64,000 bases of DNA, taken from positions 2,867 to 66,866 of the forward strand of contig NZ_JAAFKG010000040.1 of the NCBI RefSeq assembly GCF_013299185.1, written 5' to 3'. This stretch comes from Microcoleus sp. bin48.metabat.b7b8b9.023. Its GTDB lineage: Bacteria; Cyanobacteriota; Cyanobacteriia; Cyanobacteriales; Microcoleaceae. Positions within the stretch are counted from its first letter, which is position 1. Each line of letters opens with the position of its first letter. Positions 26,514 to 38,219 of the stretch are shown here, piece by piece. Under the pieces are notes generated by a model. That model saw only the letters and a list, made by a program, of their open reading frames with translations. It was not told where the DNA came from and did no database searches. The position numbers and the translations under genes are program-made.

Positions 26514-26909
26514 TTAATTAGACCCGCCTACGTGTGAGTGCATTCTTTTGGCGACCAACTGTTCTTCTAAGGCAGCAATTCGATTGTAAGCCGCTGTTAG
26601 CTGAGCTGTTAGGCGCTGGATTTGAATTTCGGAAGTCAGCTCTTTTTCCAGACTTTGAGAATTCTTGTCGAAGTAGCTGTCATCTAACAGTATGTCCTTG
26701 TGACCGAGGATGCCGTCGAGATTGCTGTAGCTTTGATAGGGAGAGGTTTTGTGATTTCCTGCTGTCAGGGAGCGATCGTCCATATGCTGCTGGGCCAGCT
26801 TCGTCTCCTTGGCGGACTCCAATAACTTTTCATTGAGGTTTTCTACGAGTTTGTAGAGAGCATCGACTTGTTGGGTCAATGCTGTAACTTGCTGGCGTAG
26901 CGCTTCCAT
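26514..26909 (-). CDS. hypothetical coiled-coil protein
   Basis: From ATG 26909: MEALRQQVTALTQQVDALYKLVENLNEKLL and C-terminal IQRLTAQLTAAYNRIAALEEQLVA heptads. The longer track ORF (to 27020) starts at TTG and looks non-coding. Confidence 0.5.
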   Translation of the reverse strand: MEALRQQVTALTQQVDALYKLVENLNEKLLESAKETKLAQQHMDDRSLTAGNHKTSPYQSYSNLDGILGHKDILLDDSYFDKNSQSLEKELTSEIQIQRLTAQLTAAYNRIAALEEQLVAKRMHSHVGGSN

Positions 26910-27422
26910 ACAGTCATCCTCGGGATAGTAACTTATATCTTTACATTTTAGGGAAATCTTTACATAACTGGGATTTATCACTAAATTATTTAATTTTTGA
27001 CGTAATTGTTGTGTTCCCAATCCTGACGCTAGATTTAGAGACTCAGGTTGAGGATTTTAGATTTTAGATTTTAGATTTTCTTGGATTCTGAAACGAGGTT
27101 TGTTAACTCCTATACTTTGTTCAAACCTTCAATCATAGTTAAAAAAAACAAAAAAACTCGGCTTCTGAGAGTGGGAGTCCCTCCAGGAGTGTGAGATTGA
27201 CTCGGCAGTCAATTTGCCATTTTTCGATTTGGGACTTGAGATTGTTATGGAGACAGCAACCGGGTTTTGTAGTTATTAAACTGTTGCGGATTTAAAAGAA
27301 ATTTTTCACTTCGGTTGTGGAAAAAGCGTCATCCAACGGCAGAGTGTGGGGCTTTCGCGGTTTCCTGATATTAAGGAATGTAACACAGATACAGGCGATC
27401 GCCCGGAAAGACCGGCGTTTAA

Positions 27423-27558
27423 CAGTTGACAGTTGACAGTTGACAGTTGACTCTTGAGGGCAACCTCTACCCTTAAGTCAGAGTAGGGGAGTCATGAACA
27501 GTCTGATTTTAATTTCTCCCTCGAAGGCGGGGGGCTTTCAACCAATTCTTTCTGGTAA
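27423..27558 (+). repeat. Heptamer-linked module, copy C ((CAGTTGA)4 + ~105-nt module)
   Basis: cagttgacagttgacagttgacagttga ctcttgagggcaacctctacccttaagtcagagtaggggagtcatgaacagtctgattttaatttctccctcgaaggcggggggctttcaaccaattctttctggtaag. Confidence 0.9.
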
Positions 27559-27643
27559 GTTGACGGCAAGAGTAGCACCGACTCCGATCGCAACAGAAGC
27601 GAGTACAATGGCTGTGTGTTGGAAAAAGAAATAAGACAAATCG

Positions 27644-28840
27644 GTGCGGGCTACCGGACTCGACAAACAATTATTTCCCGGGTCGCAGAACACAAAACAT
27701 CGGTCAATATTTAGAAAAGCGGATTCACAGGTGAAACGAAGGTCTTTGCTCTTGGGCGCAGCTACCCTAACTTTAAGTCAACTGGTGGCAGGTTGCGACT
27801 CGAAACCCACTCTCAAAATTCGATCGCTCAAAAACGGTATTCCCGCCCAACTCGCAAGCAAATTTAGTCGCGATTTACAACCGTCTCCGCAGTTGCAGGT
27901 AACGCAGGAAGGGCAATTAAAAGAATTATTCGCCCTGTTACAGGAGTGGAAACGGACACCGGAAGCCAAAAATCAAGCTGACTTGGTGATGTTGGGAGAT
28001 TATTGGCTGACTTTGGCAATTCGGCAAAAATTGATTCAGCCGATCGATCCTGCTAAAGTTGCTAATTGGTCGCAATTGCCCGAAAGATGGCAAAAACTCG
28101 TCCGACGTAACGCTGACGGCCAATTAGACGCCAAAGGTCAAGTTTGGGCTGCACCTTACCGCTGGGGAAGTACGGTAATTGCCTATCGAACCGACAAATT
28201 TAAGGCTTTGGGGTGGACTCCGACTGATTGGAGTGACTTGTGGCGAGTCGAATTGCGCGATCGAATTTCGCTACCGGATAGCGCGAGAGAAGTTATAGGT
28301 TTAACATTAAAAAAACTCGGAAAATCCTACAACACGCAGCAATTAGATAAAGTTCCCAACCTCAAAAAAGAACTCGCCAACCTGCACGCGCAAGCTAAGC
28401 TTTACAGTTCCGATTCTTACTTGCAACCGTTAATTTTAGGTGATACTTGGTTGGCAGTAGGTTCATCTGGCGACGTGCTGCCGCTGCTGCAAACTCAAAG
28501 CGATATTGCTGTAGTAATTCCCACTTCTGGAACTGCACTTTGGACGGATTTGTGGGTACAACCAGCATCAAAAAAGCCTGTTTCGTTAGCGGAAAAATGG
28601 ATTAATTTTTGCTTGCAGCCTCAGATTGCACCTCAATTATCTTTGCTGGCCAAGGCTAGTTCGCCGATAATTGTCGGCATGAAACCCGAGACTTTGCCCG
28701 CAGATGTACGCAGCAATCCCGTGTTGCTGCCGGAGGCTAAAATTCTTGCCGCCAGCGACTTTCTGCTGCCTTTCGGGGATGCGGGGATTGCACAATATCG
28801 AGCTCTTTGGCAAGAAATTCGACAAGTAGTAAAAAGTTAA
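27644..28840 (+). CDS. ABC transporter substrate-binding lipoprotein (PotD/spermidine-putrescine-like, SBP family 1)
   Basis: Signal peptide with lipobox VKRRSLLLGAATLTLSQLVAGC, so GTG 27731 is the more likely start. YRWGSTVIAYRTDKF and GTALWTDLW blocks are typical of PotD-like binding proteins. Confidence 0.8.
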   Translation: MRATGLDKQLFPGSQNTKHRSIFRKADSQVKRRSLLLGAATLTLSQLVAGCDSKPTLKIRSLKNGIPAQLASKFSRDLQPSPQLQVTQEGQLKELFALLQEWKRTPEAKNQADLVMLGDYWLTLAIRQKLIQPIDPAKVANWSQLPERWQKLVRRNADGQLDAKGQVWAAPYRWGSTVIAYRTDKFKALGWTPTDWSDLWRVELRDRISLPDSAREVIGLTLKKLGKSYNTQQLDKVPNLKKELANLHAQAKLYSSDSYLQPLILGDTWLAVGSSGDVLPLLQTQSDIAVVIPTSGTALWTDLWVQPASKKPVSLAEKWINFCLQPQIAPQLSLLAKASSPIIVGMKPETLPADVRSNPVLLPEAKILAASDFLLPFGDAGIAQYRALWQEIRQVVKS

Positions 28841-29480
28841 GTACGTGTTGAGGTACGTAGTTGCGCTTCAGCGCTCTTTCATAAATCTCAGGAGCAAGTA
28901 GTAAGAAGTTAAGTACGTATTGAGGTACGTAGTTGCGCTTCAGCGCTCTTCATAGATCTAAAAAGCAAGCAGTAAAAAGTTAAGTACGTTTTGAGGTACG
29001 TTGTTGCGCTTCAGCGCTCTTTCATAAATCTCAGGAGCAAGCAGTAAAAAATTAAGTACGTATTGAGGTACGTAGTTGCGCTTCAGCGCTCTTTCATAAA
29101 TCTCAGGAGCAAGCAGTAAAAAATTAAGTACGTATTGAGGTACGTAGTTGCGCTTCAGCGCTCTTTCATAAATCTCAGGAGCAAGCAGTAAAAAATTAAG
29201 TACGTATTGAGGTACGTAGTTGCGCTTCAGCGCTCTTTCATAAATCTAAAAAACAAGCAGTAAAAAGTTAAGTACGTATTGAGGTACGTAGTTGCGCTTC
29301 AGCGCTCTTTCATAAATCTCAGGAGCAAATAGTAAGAAGTTAAGTATAGCCTTTCTCAAAAAGATGAGGTATGACTGACAGCTTACATAACTTCCCAGAC
29401 AAAGAGGGCTCGCATCCCAACAACGTCCGCGAATCTTTCTGAGAAGCGCTATATAAGAAAGAGCGCTGAAGCGCAACTAC
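28822..29480 (+). repeat. 72-bp tandem array x7 (28822-29346) plus terminal composite with an inverted copy (29347-29480)
   Basis: gaggtacg starts at 28850, 28922, 28993, 29065, 29137, 29209 and 29281. Unit is gaggtacgtagttgcgcttcagcgctctttcataaatctcaggagcaagcagtaaaaaattaagtacgtatt. The array begins inside the last codons of the preceding CDS. Confidence 0.95.
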
Positions 29481-29539
29481 ATACCTTAGCTCTTGATTTA
29501 TCGATCGCCCAAAACACAACTCGCTACTGGCGCACCCTA

Positions 29540-30070
29540 CTAAAAAGCTTTGATTTTGCCTCGAAGACCGGGATTTGAGAGAGATTCTAAGTCTATTTTA
29601 CAGCTCGATCGATCGCCCTTGCACGCATAAACCGCCAAAGCAGTCCCCTGACGGTTGCAAACTCGCAGGTTGTAACCGTACTCACTAGAAGCTGCGCCGA
29701 AGCGGTAGACAAACTGATAGCGTTCCATATAATCCAGCAAACTCCACAGTTGGCGGTTGACGATGACGATCACCCAAGTGTTGCTGCGATCGACAAACCA
29801 GCGATCGAGCAATTTGCCGCCAAACTGTTTTTGAGCCAACCACAGACTCGGCGTACTCTTTTCGGTTTGCGAAAGCGGCGGCGACGGGAAATTGGCAGCA
29901 TCTCCACTCGGGCAGACTGGTTGCTGGGAAAACGCCGCAGATTGTCCCCACAGCAAGGTTGTGATGCACGTAGAACTGGCAACTAAGAACAAAAATAAAC
30001 TTTTTGTCAAAATGCTAGGTCTGCGGCGGAAAACTTGATTTTTGTGGCTAAATTTGTGGTGATTCATCAT
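29540..30070 (-). CDS. hypothetical secreted protein
   Basis: N-terminal signal-like segment (LFLFLVASSTCITTLLWGQSAAFSQ). Start lies 17 nt after the stop of the upstream kinase gene. No recognisable domain. Confidence 0.55.
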   Translation of the reverse strand: MMNHHKFSHKNQVFRRRPSILTKSLFLFLVASSTCITTLLWGQSAAFSQQPVCPSGDAANFPSPPLSQTEKSTPSLWLAQKQFGGKLLDRWFVDRSNTWVIVIVNRQLWSLLDYMERYQFVYRFGAASSEYGYNLRVCNRQGTALAVYACKGDRSSCKIDLESLSNPGLRGKIKAF

Positions 30071-30087
30071 AATTTATTGCGACAAAA

Positions 30088-33378
<3,291 letters not shown>

Positions 33379-33561
33379 GGGATATTAATCTGGAAGTATC
33401 AAGTTGAGATTGGGAAGTTGAGATTTTAGAGAGAGTTCCGTTAATCACCCATCAGAAAAATGTTGGCTCTCGCTGGCTCGAAGAAAGTAATAAAATAACT
33501 GGGGTATTGTCATAGAAATAAAGTTTCTGGCTCTTCAACCAGATTTTGTTATTTAGTTTTT

Positions 33562-33762
33562 TTACCAGAAAGAATTGGTTGAAAGCCCCAAGCCCGATCG
33601 GAAGAAATTAAAAGAAGATGATTCATTACTCCAATCCTCTTCCTTCCAGCTAAAGGTTGCTGTCAACTATGAACTTTGAACTATGAACTAAGAGGGCGGG
33701 CACTCTTGGCACCGCCCCTACCACAGGTCAACAGTCAACTGTCAACTGTCAACTGTCAACTG
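33562..33762 (-). repeat. Heptamer-linked module, copy D ((CAGTTGA)n at 33728-33762, GC palindrome 33690-33725, module 33562-33662)
   Basis: Minus strand: cagttgacagttgacagttgacagttgactgttgac ... gcaacctttagctggaaggaagaggattggagtaatgaatcatcttcttttaatttcttccgatcgggcttggggctttcaaccaattctttctggtaaa. Confidence 0.85.
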
Positions 33763-33766
33763 GTGT

Positions 33767-34897
33767 TCAATCCCACAACCGCCTGCCCGCTTTGCCATTC
33801 AGTCGCTGGTGAGTGTCTTTGAGCAAAGTTGGGATGTCCAACTCTTCGGGACACCTGGGCAAACATTCGCCGCAATCGGTGCAGCGGTTGCCTTTGCTTC
33901 CAGGAAACCAATGTCCGGCATTTTCAAACATAGCATAACGGTATTTGCCAAACTCAGTCATGTCGCACCCGACAGCGAGATTCCGCAGCCGCAATACTTC
34001 GGGAATGTTGATGTTTTCCGGGCAAGGCAAACAGGCGTAGCACTGGCTGCATTTGTCAGTTTTCAAACGATCGGCAATCAGCGATTCCAGCCTCACAAAC
34101 GCAGCAATTTCGGCCTGGGTGAGGGGAAAGTCGCGATCGGCATATTTTAGAGGTTGCTCTAATTCTGTCGGATTTGCAGGCCCCACACTCAGAGTTCCAA
34201 TTCTAGTATCGCTCAGTAAAAACCGATAGTTCAACTCCAAAGGCGAGAAAGGCGAACACAATTTTGCGAGAGTTTCTGGGGGCGTGTAGAGTTGCCCTCC
34301 TTTGTCTGCCGGAGAAATAATGAAAACGCCCATATCTTTGTGCTTGGCGAGTTCAACTGCCGGGGCGTTGCGCTGAAAAAAATAGTAATAATGCAGATTG
34401 ACAAATTCAAATAAATCTGTATTTATAGCAGCCAAAATCAGATCCAGAGGCCCGTGAGTCGAGAAACCGACGTGCCGAATTCGGCCATCAGCCAAGGCTT
34501 TGCGTACAGCTTCCATGCAGCCTGTGGGCGATCGCACCCAAGCCAAATGTTCCCAAGCATTCAAACCGTGAATTGCCAGACAATCGATATAGTCTAAATT
34601 CAAGCGTTTGAGAGACGAGTCGATGCAGCGTTCCGTGGCAGCAGCATCGTCCCCAGGAGGGATTTTCGTGGTGACGTGGAAGCGCGATCGACCGACAGAC
34701 AAACCAGATGCGAGGGCCGCGCCCAGATATTCCTCGCTACAACCGTAACCCGCCGCCGTTTCCAGGTGATTGATTCCCTGAGATACCGCCTGCCGTACAG
34801 TCTGGCAGGCAATTTCCTCAGAAGCCAGATAGCGCATGGTTCCTAAGGAAAAAACAGACAGGTGTAACTCCGTTTTGCCAAACCGTCGATAGCGCAT
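33767..34897 (-). CDS. aldo/keto reductase fused to a C-terminal 4Fe-4S cluster-binding domain
   Basis: AKR N-terminus MRYRRFGKTELHLSVFSLGTM and GINHLETAAGYG. C-terminal Cys motifs CSQCYACLPCP and CTDCGECLPRCP. Confidence 0.85.
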   Translation of the reverse strand: MRYRRFGKTELHLSVFSLGTMRYLASEEIACQTVRQAVSQGINHLETAAGYGCSEEYLGAALASGLSVGRSRFHVTTKIPPGDDAAATERCIDSSLKRLNLDYIDCLAIHGLNAWEHLAWVRSPTGCMEAVRKALADGRIRHVGFSTHGPLDLILAAINTDLFEFVNLHYYYFFQRNAPAVELAKHKDMGVFIISPADKGGQLYTPPETLAKLCSPFSPLELNYRFLLSDTRIGTLSVGPANPTELEQPLKYADRDFPLTQAEIAAFVRLESLIADRLKTDKCSQCYACLPCPENINIPEVLRLRNLAVGCDMTEFGKYRYAMFENAGHWFPGSKGNRCTDCGECLPRCPEELDIPTLLKDTHQRLNGKAGRRLWD

Positions 34898-34905
34898 AAA
34901 TATTA

Positions 34906-35415
34906 CTACGACGAAGTTTCGCCCTGGCCCAAGCCGCTTCTCTTGATCAAATCCTCTGGACGGAGGTTTGAAATAAATTCTCGGAAAGCTCGGCGTTCGG
35001 CCTCATCAGCATCTCGATCGACCGGTATAGAAGCATCGGCGACGACTTCTTCCATCACCCAGATGGGGCTATTCGTCCGCAGAGCTATGGCGATCGCGTC
35101 GCTGGGACGGGCATCGATCTCTTTTTTCACTTCACCCTGACGGACAATCAGCACGGCATAGAACGTGTTATCTTGCAGCGAGTGAATCACTATGCGCTCC
35201 AAGGTAAGACTCCAGGCCTCTAGGAAATTGACTATCAAATCGTGAGTTAAAGGTCGAGGAGGCTTGTGACCTTCTAGAGCGCTAATAATAGCCTTTGCCT
35301 GCTCCTGACCGATATAAATAGGCAAAGCGCGACGCTCTGTAGCGTCTCTCAATAGGACAATAGGGCTGCGCGTGGCTGCATCTAAGGCAATTCCAGCGAC
35401 TTTCATTTCAATCAT
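34906..35415 (-). CDS. bifunctional nuclease (BFN/DUF151) family protein
   Basis: MKVAGIALDAATRSPIVLLRD...ALPIYIGQEQAKAIISALEG..PPRPLTHDL matches the BFN domain pattern. Acidic C-terminal tail. Lies 8 nt upstream of the AKR gene. Confidence 0.75.
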   Translation of the reverse strand: MIEMKVAGIALDAATRSPIVLLRDATERRALPIYIGQEQAKAIISALEGHKPPRPLTHDLIVNFLEAWSLTLERIVIHSLQDNTFYAVLIVRQGEVKKEIDARPSDAIAIALRTNSPIWVMEEVVADASIPVDRDADEAERRAFREFISNLRPEDLIKRSGLGQGETSS

Positions 35416-35450
35416 TCGATCGGCCTCATAGAATTAAGACACTGCAAGGC

Positions 35451-35620
35451 GTTGACACTCCCCAGCCTAAAGGCGTGGGGATTCTTGCTTCGCAGGGATT
35501 CCAATGAATTTACCCTCAGCAAGCATCTTGACCGTATATCCTACGGCTGCAAGTCCTCGTTGGAGAACTATTTGTGCGGCTGCAACATCTCTGTCAGTTG
35601 TATATCCGCAATTTGAACAA
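35451..35620 (-). ncRNA. predicted omega/reRNA scaffold overlapping the tnpB 3' end (inference)
   Basis: By analogy with characterised TnpB elements, the guide RNA scaffold spans the last ~150 nt of tnpB plus the right end. The terminal hairpin is conserved with compensatory changes in the 21803-21824 copy. Confidence 0.35.
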
Positions 35621-36681
35621 TTATGAGTGCGTTCTGATAGTTCTTTTTTACCTGTTTCTGTACCGCAATTCGGACAAATTTGACTGGTTTTCCTAGCGTC
35701 TACTTTCTGGAAATAAACCCCGCGCTTAAAGCAGGCTTGCTCCAAAATCTTGAGAAATTGACCAAAACTAGCATCTAAACAATGCTTGCCCAACATTCCT
35801 CTCGACAATCCTATCAGATTTAAATCTTCGACAAACACCATTCCTGCATCATTGCATATCTGATGTGATAGTTTGCGATGCCAGTCTTTACGGCAGTTAG
35901 CCACGTACTCGTGCAGCAATGCTACTTTTTCATGAGCTTTTTTCCAATTATTTGAGCCTATACGCTTTCTACTGACACGTTTTTGCAGCAATTTAAGCTT
36001 GCGTTCTGCATCAATAAAAAACCTATGGCGCTTGATTAAAAGCCCGTTAGAAGTTGCAATAAAATTACTTAATCCGACATCTATTCCTACTGGATTCCCG
36101 TGAGGAATAATATCAGGAATATAGACATCCCATTGAATGGTTAGCATTACATACCAGCCCGATACACGCCTAACTACACGCGCCTGTTTGACAATTCCGC
36201 CATCTGGAATTGGGCGAGATAGACGGAACCTTACCCAACCAATTACAGGTAATTTAATACAGTTACTTACAACAGGCATCACTCCCATTTGGGGGAATAC
36301 AAATGACCTCATTGCTCCCTTTTTTTTAAACCGAGGGAACCCGTGATTTTGCTCCCACATACTAACAAATGCTTTTTCAAGTCGGCGCAATATTTGTTGT
36401 AATACTTGAGCATTAATTTGTTGCAGTGACGTGCTGGTTTTTCTGTATGCAGTTAGTCCCTTACACTGGCTAGCGTATGTTGGTCTAAGTTTGTCTGCCG
36501 GGATAATATACTCAGAGCGAATAGAGCAAGCGTTAATTTGACAGCTACGAGACTTGAACCAATCTTTGCGCTCTGACAAGGCATAATTATACACTCGACG
36601 GCATTGTTCTAGCCAATCTTCAAAAATTGCCACTTGCGCTGTTGTTGGTTTTAATTTGTACTCGAATGTTAAATTAAACAC
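35467..36681 (-). CDS. tnpB: TnpB (IS1341-type RNA-guided nuclease family)
   Basis: MFNLTFEYKLKPT N-terminus. RuvC D (VGIDVGLSNF), E (VFVEDLNL) and D (TDRDVAAAQ). Zinc finger CPNCGTETGKKELSERTHNCSNCG. Confidence 0.92.
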   Translation of the reverse strand: MFNLTFEYKLKPTTAQVAIFEDWLEQCRRVYNYALSERKDWFKSRSCQINACSIRSEYIIPADKLRPTYASQCKGLTAYRKTSTSLQQINAQVLQQILRRLEKAFVSMWEQNHGFPRFKKKGAMRSFVFPQMGVMPVVSNCIKLPVIGWVRFRLSRPIPDGGIVKQARVVRRVSGWYVMLTIQWDVYIPDIIPHGNPVGIDVGLSNFIATSNGLLIKRHRFFIDAERKLKLLQKRVSRKRIGSNNWKKAHEKVALLHEYVANCRKDWHRKLSHQICNDAGMVFVEDLNLIGLSRGMLGKHCLDASFGQFLKILEQACFKRGVYFQKVDARKTSQICPNCGTETGKKELSERTHNCSNCGYTTDRDVAAAQIVLQRGLAAVGYTVKMLAEGKFIGIPAKQESPRL

Positions 36682-37015
36682 GTGCTGGCCTCCTCGCTAC
36701 ATGATTGCAAAGGTTCTACAAAACGTCAAGGCTTTAGTAGGACTAATGAAAGTCGTCCTAAAAGGCGATTTGCTGAGCGGAGTCAAAGTAACAAGGCCCT
36801 AACCCCAAAATTTCCGGTAGACAACTTGGACATAAAGATCGCCTAAATCCAGTATGACTCGATCTGCGCCTGAATCTGCAACCGATCGGGTATTGTCGAT
36901 TTTCGATTGTCGATTTTCGATTGACAAAAGGGTTAGAGGGGACGGCAAAAGCTCCTGCGTCTGGTTTGTGACTGTGGTTTGATGTAAGTAAGCGATCGAC
37001 TGCGAAAAAATAACT

Positions 37016-37729
37016 ATGTTTACAGGACTAATTCAATCTCTCGGAAAGCTGAAATCGTTAGGCAACGATTACTTCCAAATTTCCTGCACCTCAAGCAACT
37101 CCTACCAGATTTTACAAGATTTAGCCGTTGGCGACAGCGTAGCAGTAGATGGAGTTTGTTTGACAGTAGTAGAAGTTCTGCCTCAAGGTTTTGTTGCCAT
37201 CGCTTCCCCGGAAACCCTGCGCCGCACTACTTTGGGAGCATTACCCGATGCTTGGGTAAACCTAGAAAGTTCCCTGCGCGCCGGTAGCAAATTGGGCGGA
37301 CATTTTGTGACGGGGCACGTAGATGCGATCGGCACCTTAGCGACATCCACCCAAACCGCCAACGCTTGGGAGATGAAGTTTACAGCCCCACCAACAGCCA
37401 ATTCAGGATGGCAGCGTCAAATTGCACCATACATCGTTTCCAAAGGCAGCATCGCCGTCAACGGCATCAGCCTCACCGTAGCAGATTGCGATGCTGACGG
37501 AAATTGGTTTGAAGTTGCCGTAATTCCGCACAGTTTTTCCGAGACAAACCTCAGCTATTTGCAGGCGGGAAGTTTAGTTAATTTAGAAGCAGACATACTA
37601 GGCAAATATGTAGCCAAATTTCTCCGCAGCGGCCGGCAAGCCCATCCCGAACCCTGGGAAGAAACTCCCGCCATCAACAGTTTAGGAACAATTACACCGG
37701 AATTCTTAGCAGAACACGGATTTGTGTAA
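37016..37729 (+). CDS. ribE: riboflavin synthase alpha chain
   Basis: MFTGLIQSLGKL start and two lumazine-binding repeats (GDSVAVDGVCLTV and GSIAVNGISLTV). Confidence 0.92.
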   Translation: MFTGLIQSLGKLKSLGNDYFQISCTSSNSYQILQDLAVGDSVAVDGVCLTVVEVLPQGFVAIASPETLRRTTLGALPDAWVNLESSLRAGSKLGGHFVTGHVDAIGTLATSTQTANAWEMKFTAPPTANSGWQRQIAPYIVSKGSIAVNGISLTVADCDADGNWFEVAVIPHSFSETNLSYLQAGSLVNLEADILGKYVAKFLRSGRQAHPEPWEETPAINSLGTITPEFLAEHGFV

Positions 37730-37740
37730 TCATAAATTGG

Positions 37741-37965
37741 TTCGTAGTAAGGACTTCAGTCCTCTCTTTTCCCAAAAAATGTTTGTAGCAAGGACTTCAG
37801 TCCTCTCTTTTTTTGCGAACTAAAGTCCTCATTACGAAAAGGTTCGTAGCAAGGACTTCAGTCCTCTCTTTTTTTGCGGACTAAAGTCCTTATTACGAAC
37901 CTGTATTGAGGAGTTGATTCCTATTTTTTTTGCGGACTAAAGTCCTCACTACGAACCGATAATGG
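37741..37965. repeat. GTAGYAAGGACTTCAGTCC / GGACTAAAGTCCTCAYTACGAAC hairpin-repeat family, 3-4 degenerate copies
   Basis: ttcgtagtaaggacttcagtcctctctttt..., gtagcaaggacttcagtcctctc...gcgaactaaagtcctcattacgaa, and so on. Same family as the 41947-42655 array. Confidence 0.85.
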
Positions 37966-38219
37966 TTATTTTAATGAACTTCATGTTATTTCTCAATAAA
38001 AACATTTTTCCCAAAAAAAAACTGTCGCACTTCCCACCTGAGAAACCAAAAACAAAGCAGACAATAGTTCGTACTTCTCTGGTGAGTCAGCCACGAATTA
38101 TATAAAATCCGGTAGCATCGTCTTGGATTAATCTCTCTATTTTCTCTCTGTGTCCTCTGCGCTCTCTGTGGTTAAATCATTCCGATCCTATTAAAACTGA
38201 AGCTCCCCATCCACAAACT

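Larger units (their letters stand above)
35451..36790 (-). mobile_element. IS200/IS605-family, IS1341-type tnpB-only element (intact tnpB); borders approximate
   Basis: The tnpB below. Right-end hairpin ccccacgcctttaggctgggg (35460-35480) followed by agtgtcaac ending at 35451. Left-end hairpin aggacgactttcattagtcct (36739-36759). Confidence 0.7.

Noticed and set aside
28822-29346. A 72-bp periodicity, which could suggest a CRISPR array (36-nt repeat + 36-nt spacer).
   Set aside because: The whole 72-bp unit is conserved from copy to copy, so there are no unique spacers. No cas genes or leader are nearby. It is a plain tandem repeat.
36682-37015. A possible FMN riboswitch upstream of ribE.
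   Set aside because: The conserved FMN-element segments (for example the GGGCAGGGTGAAATTCCC-type core) were not seen. The region is the tnpB left end plus short TCGATTT repeats.
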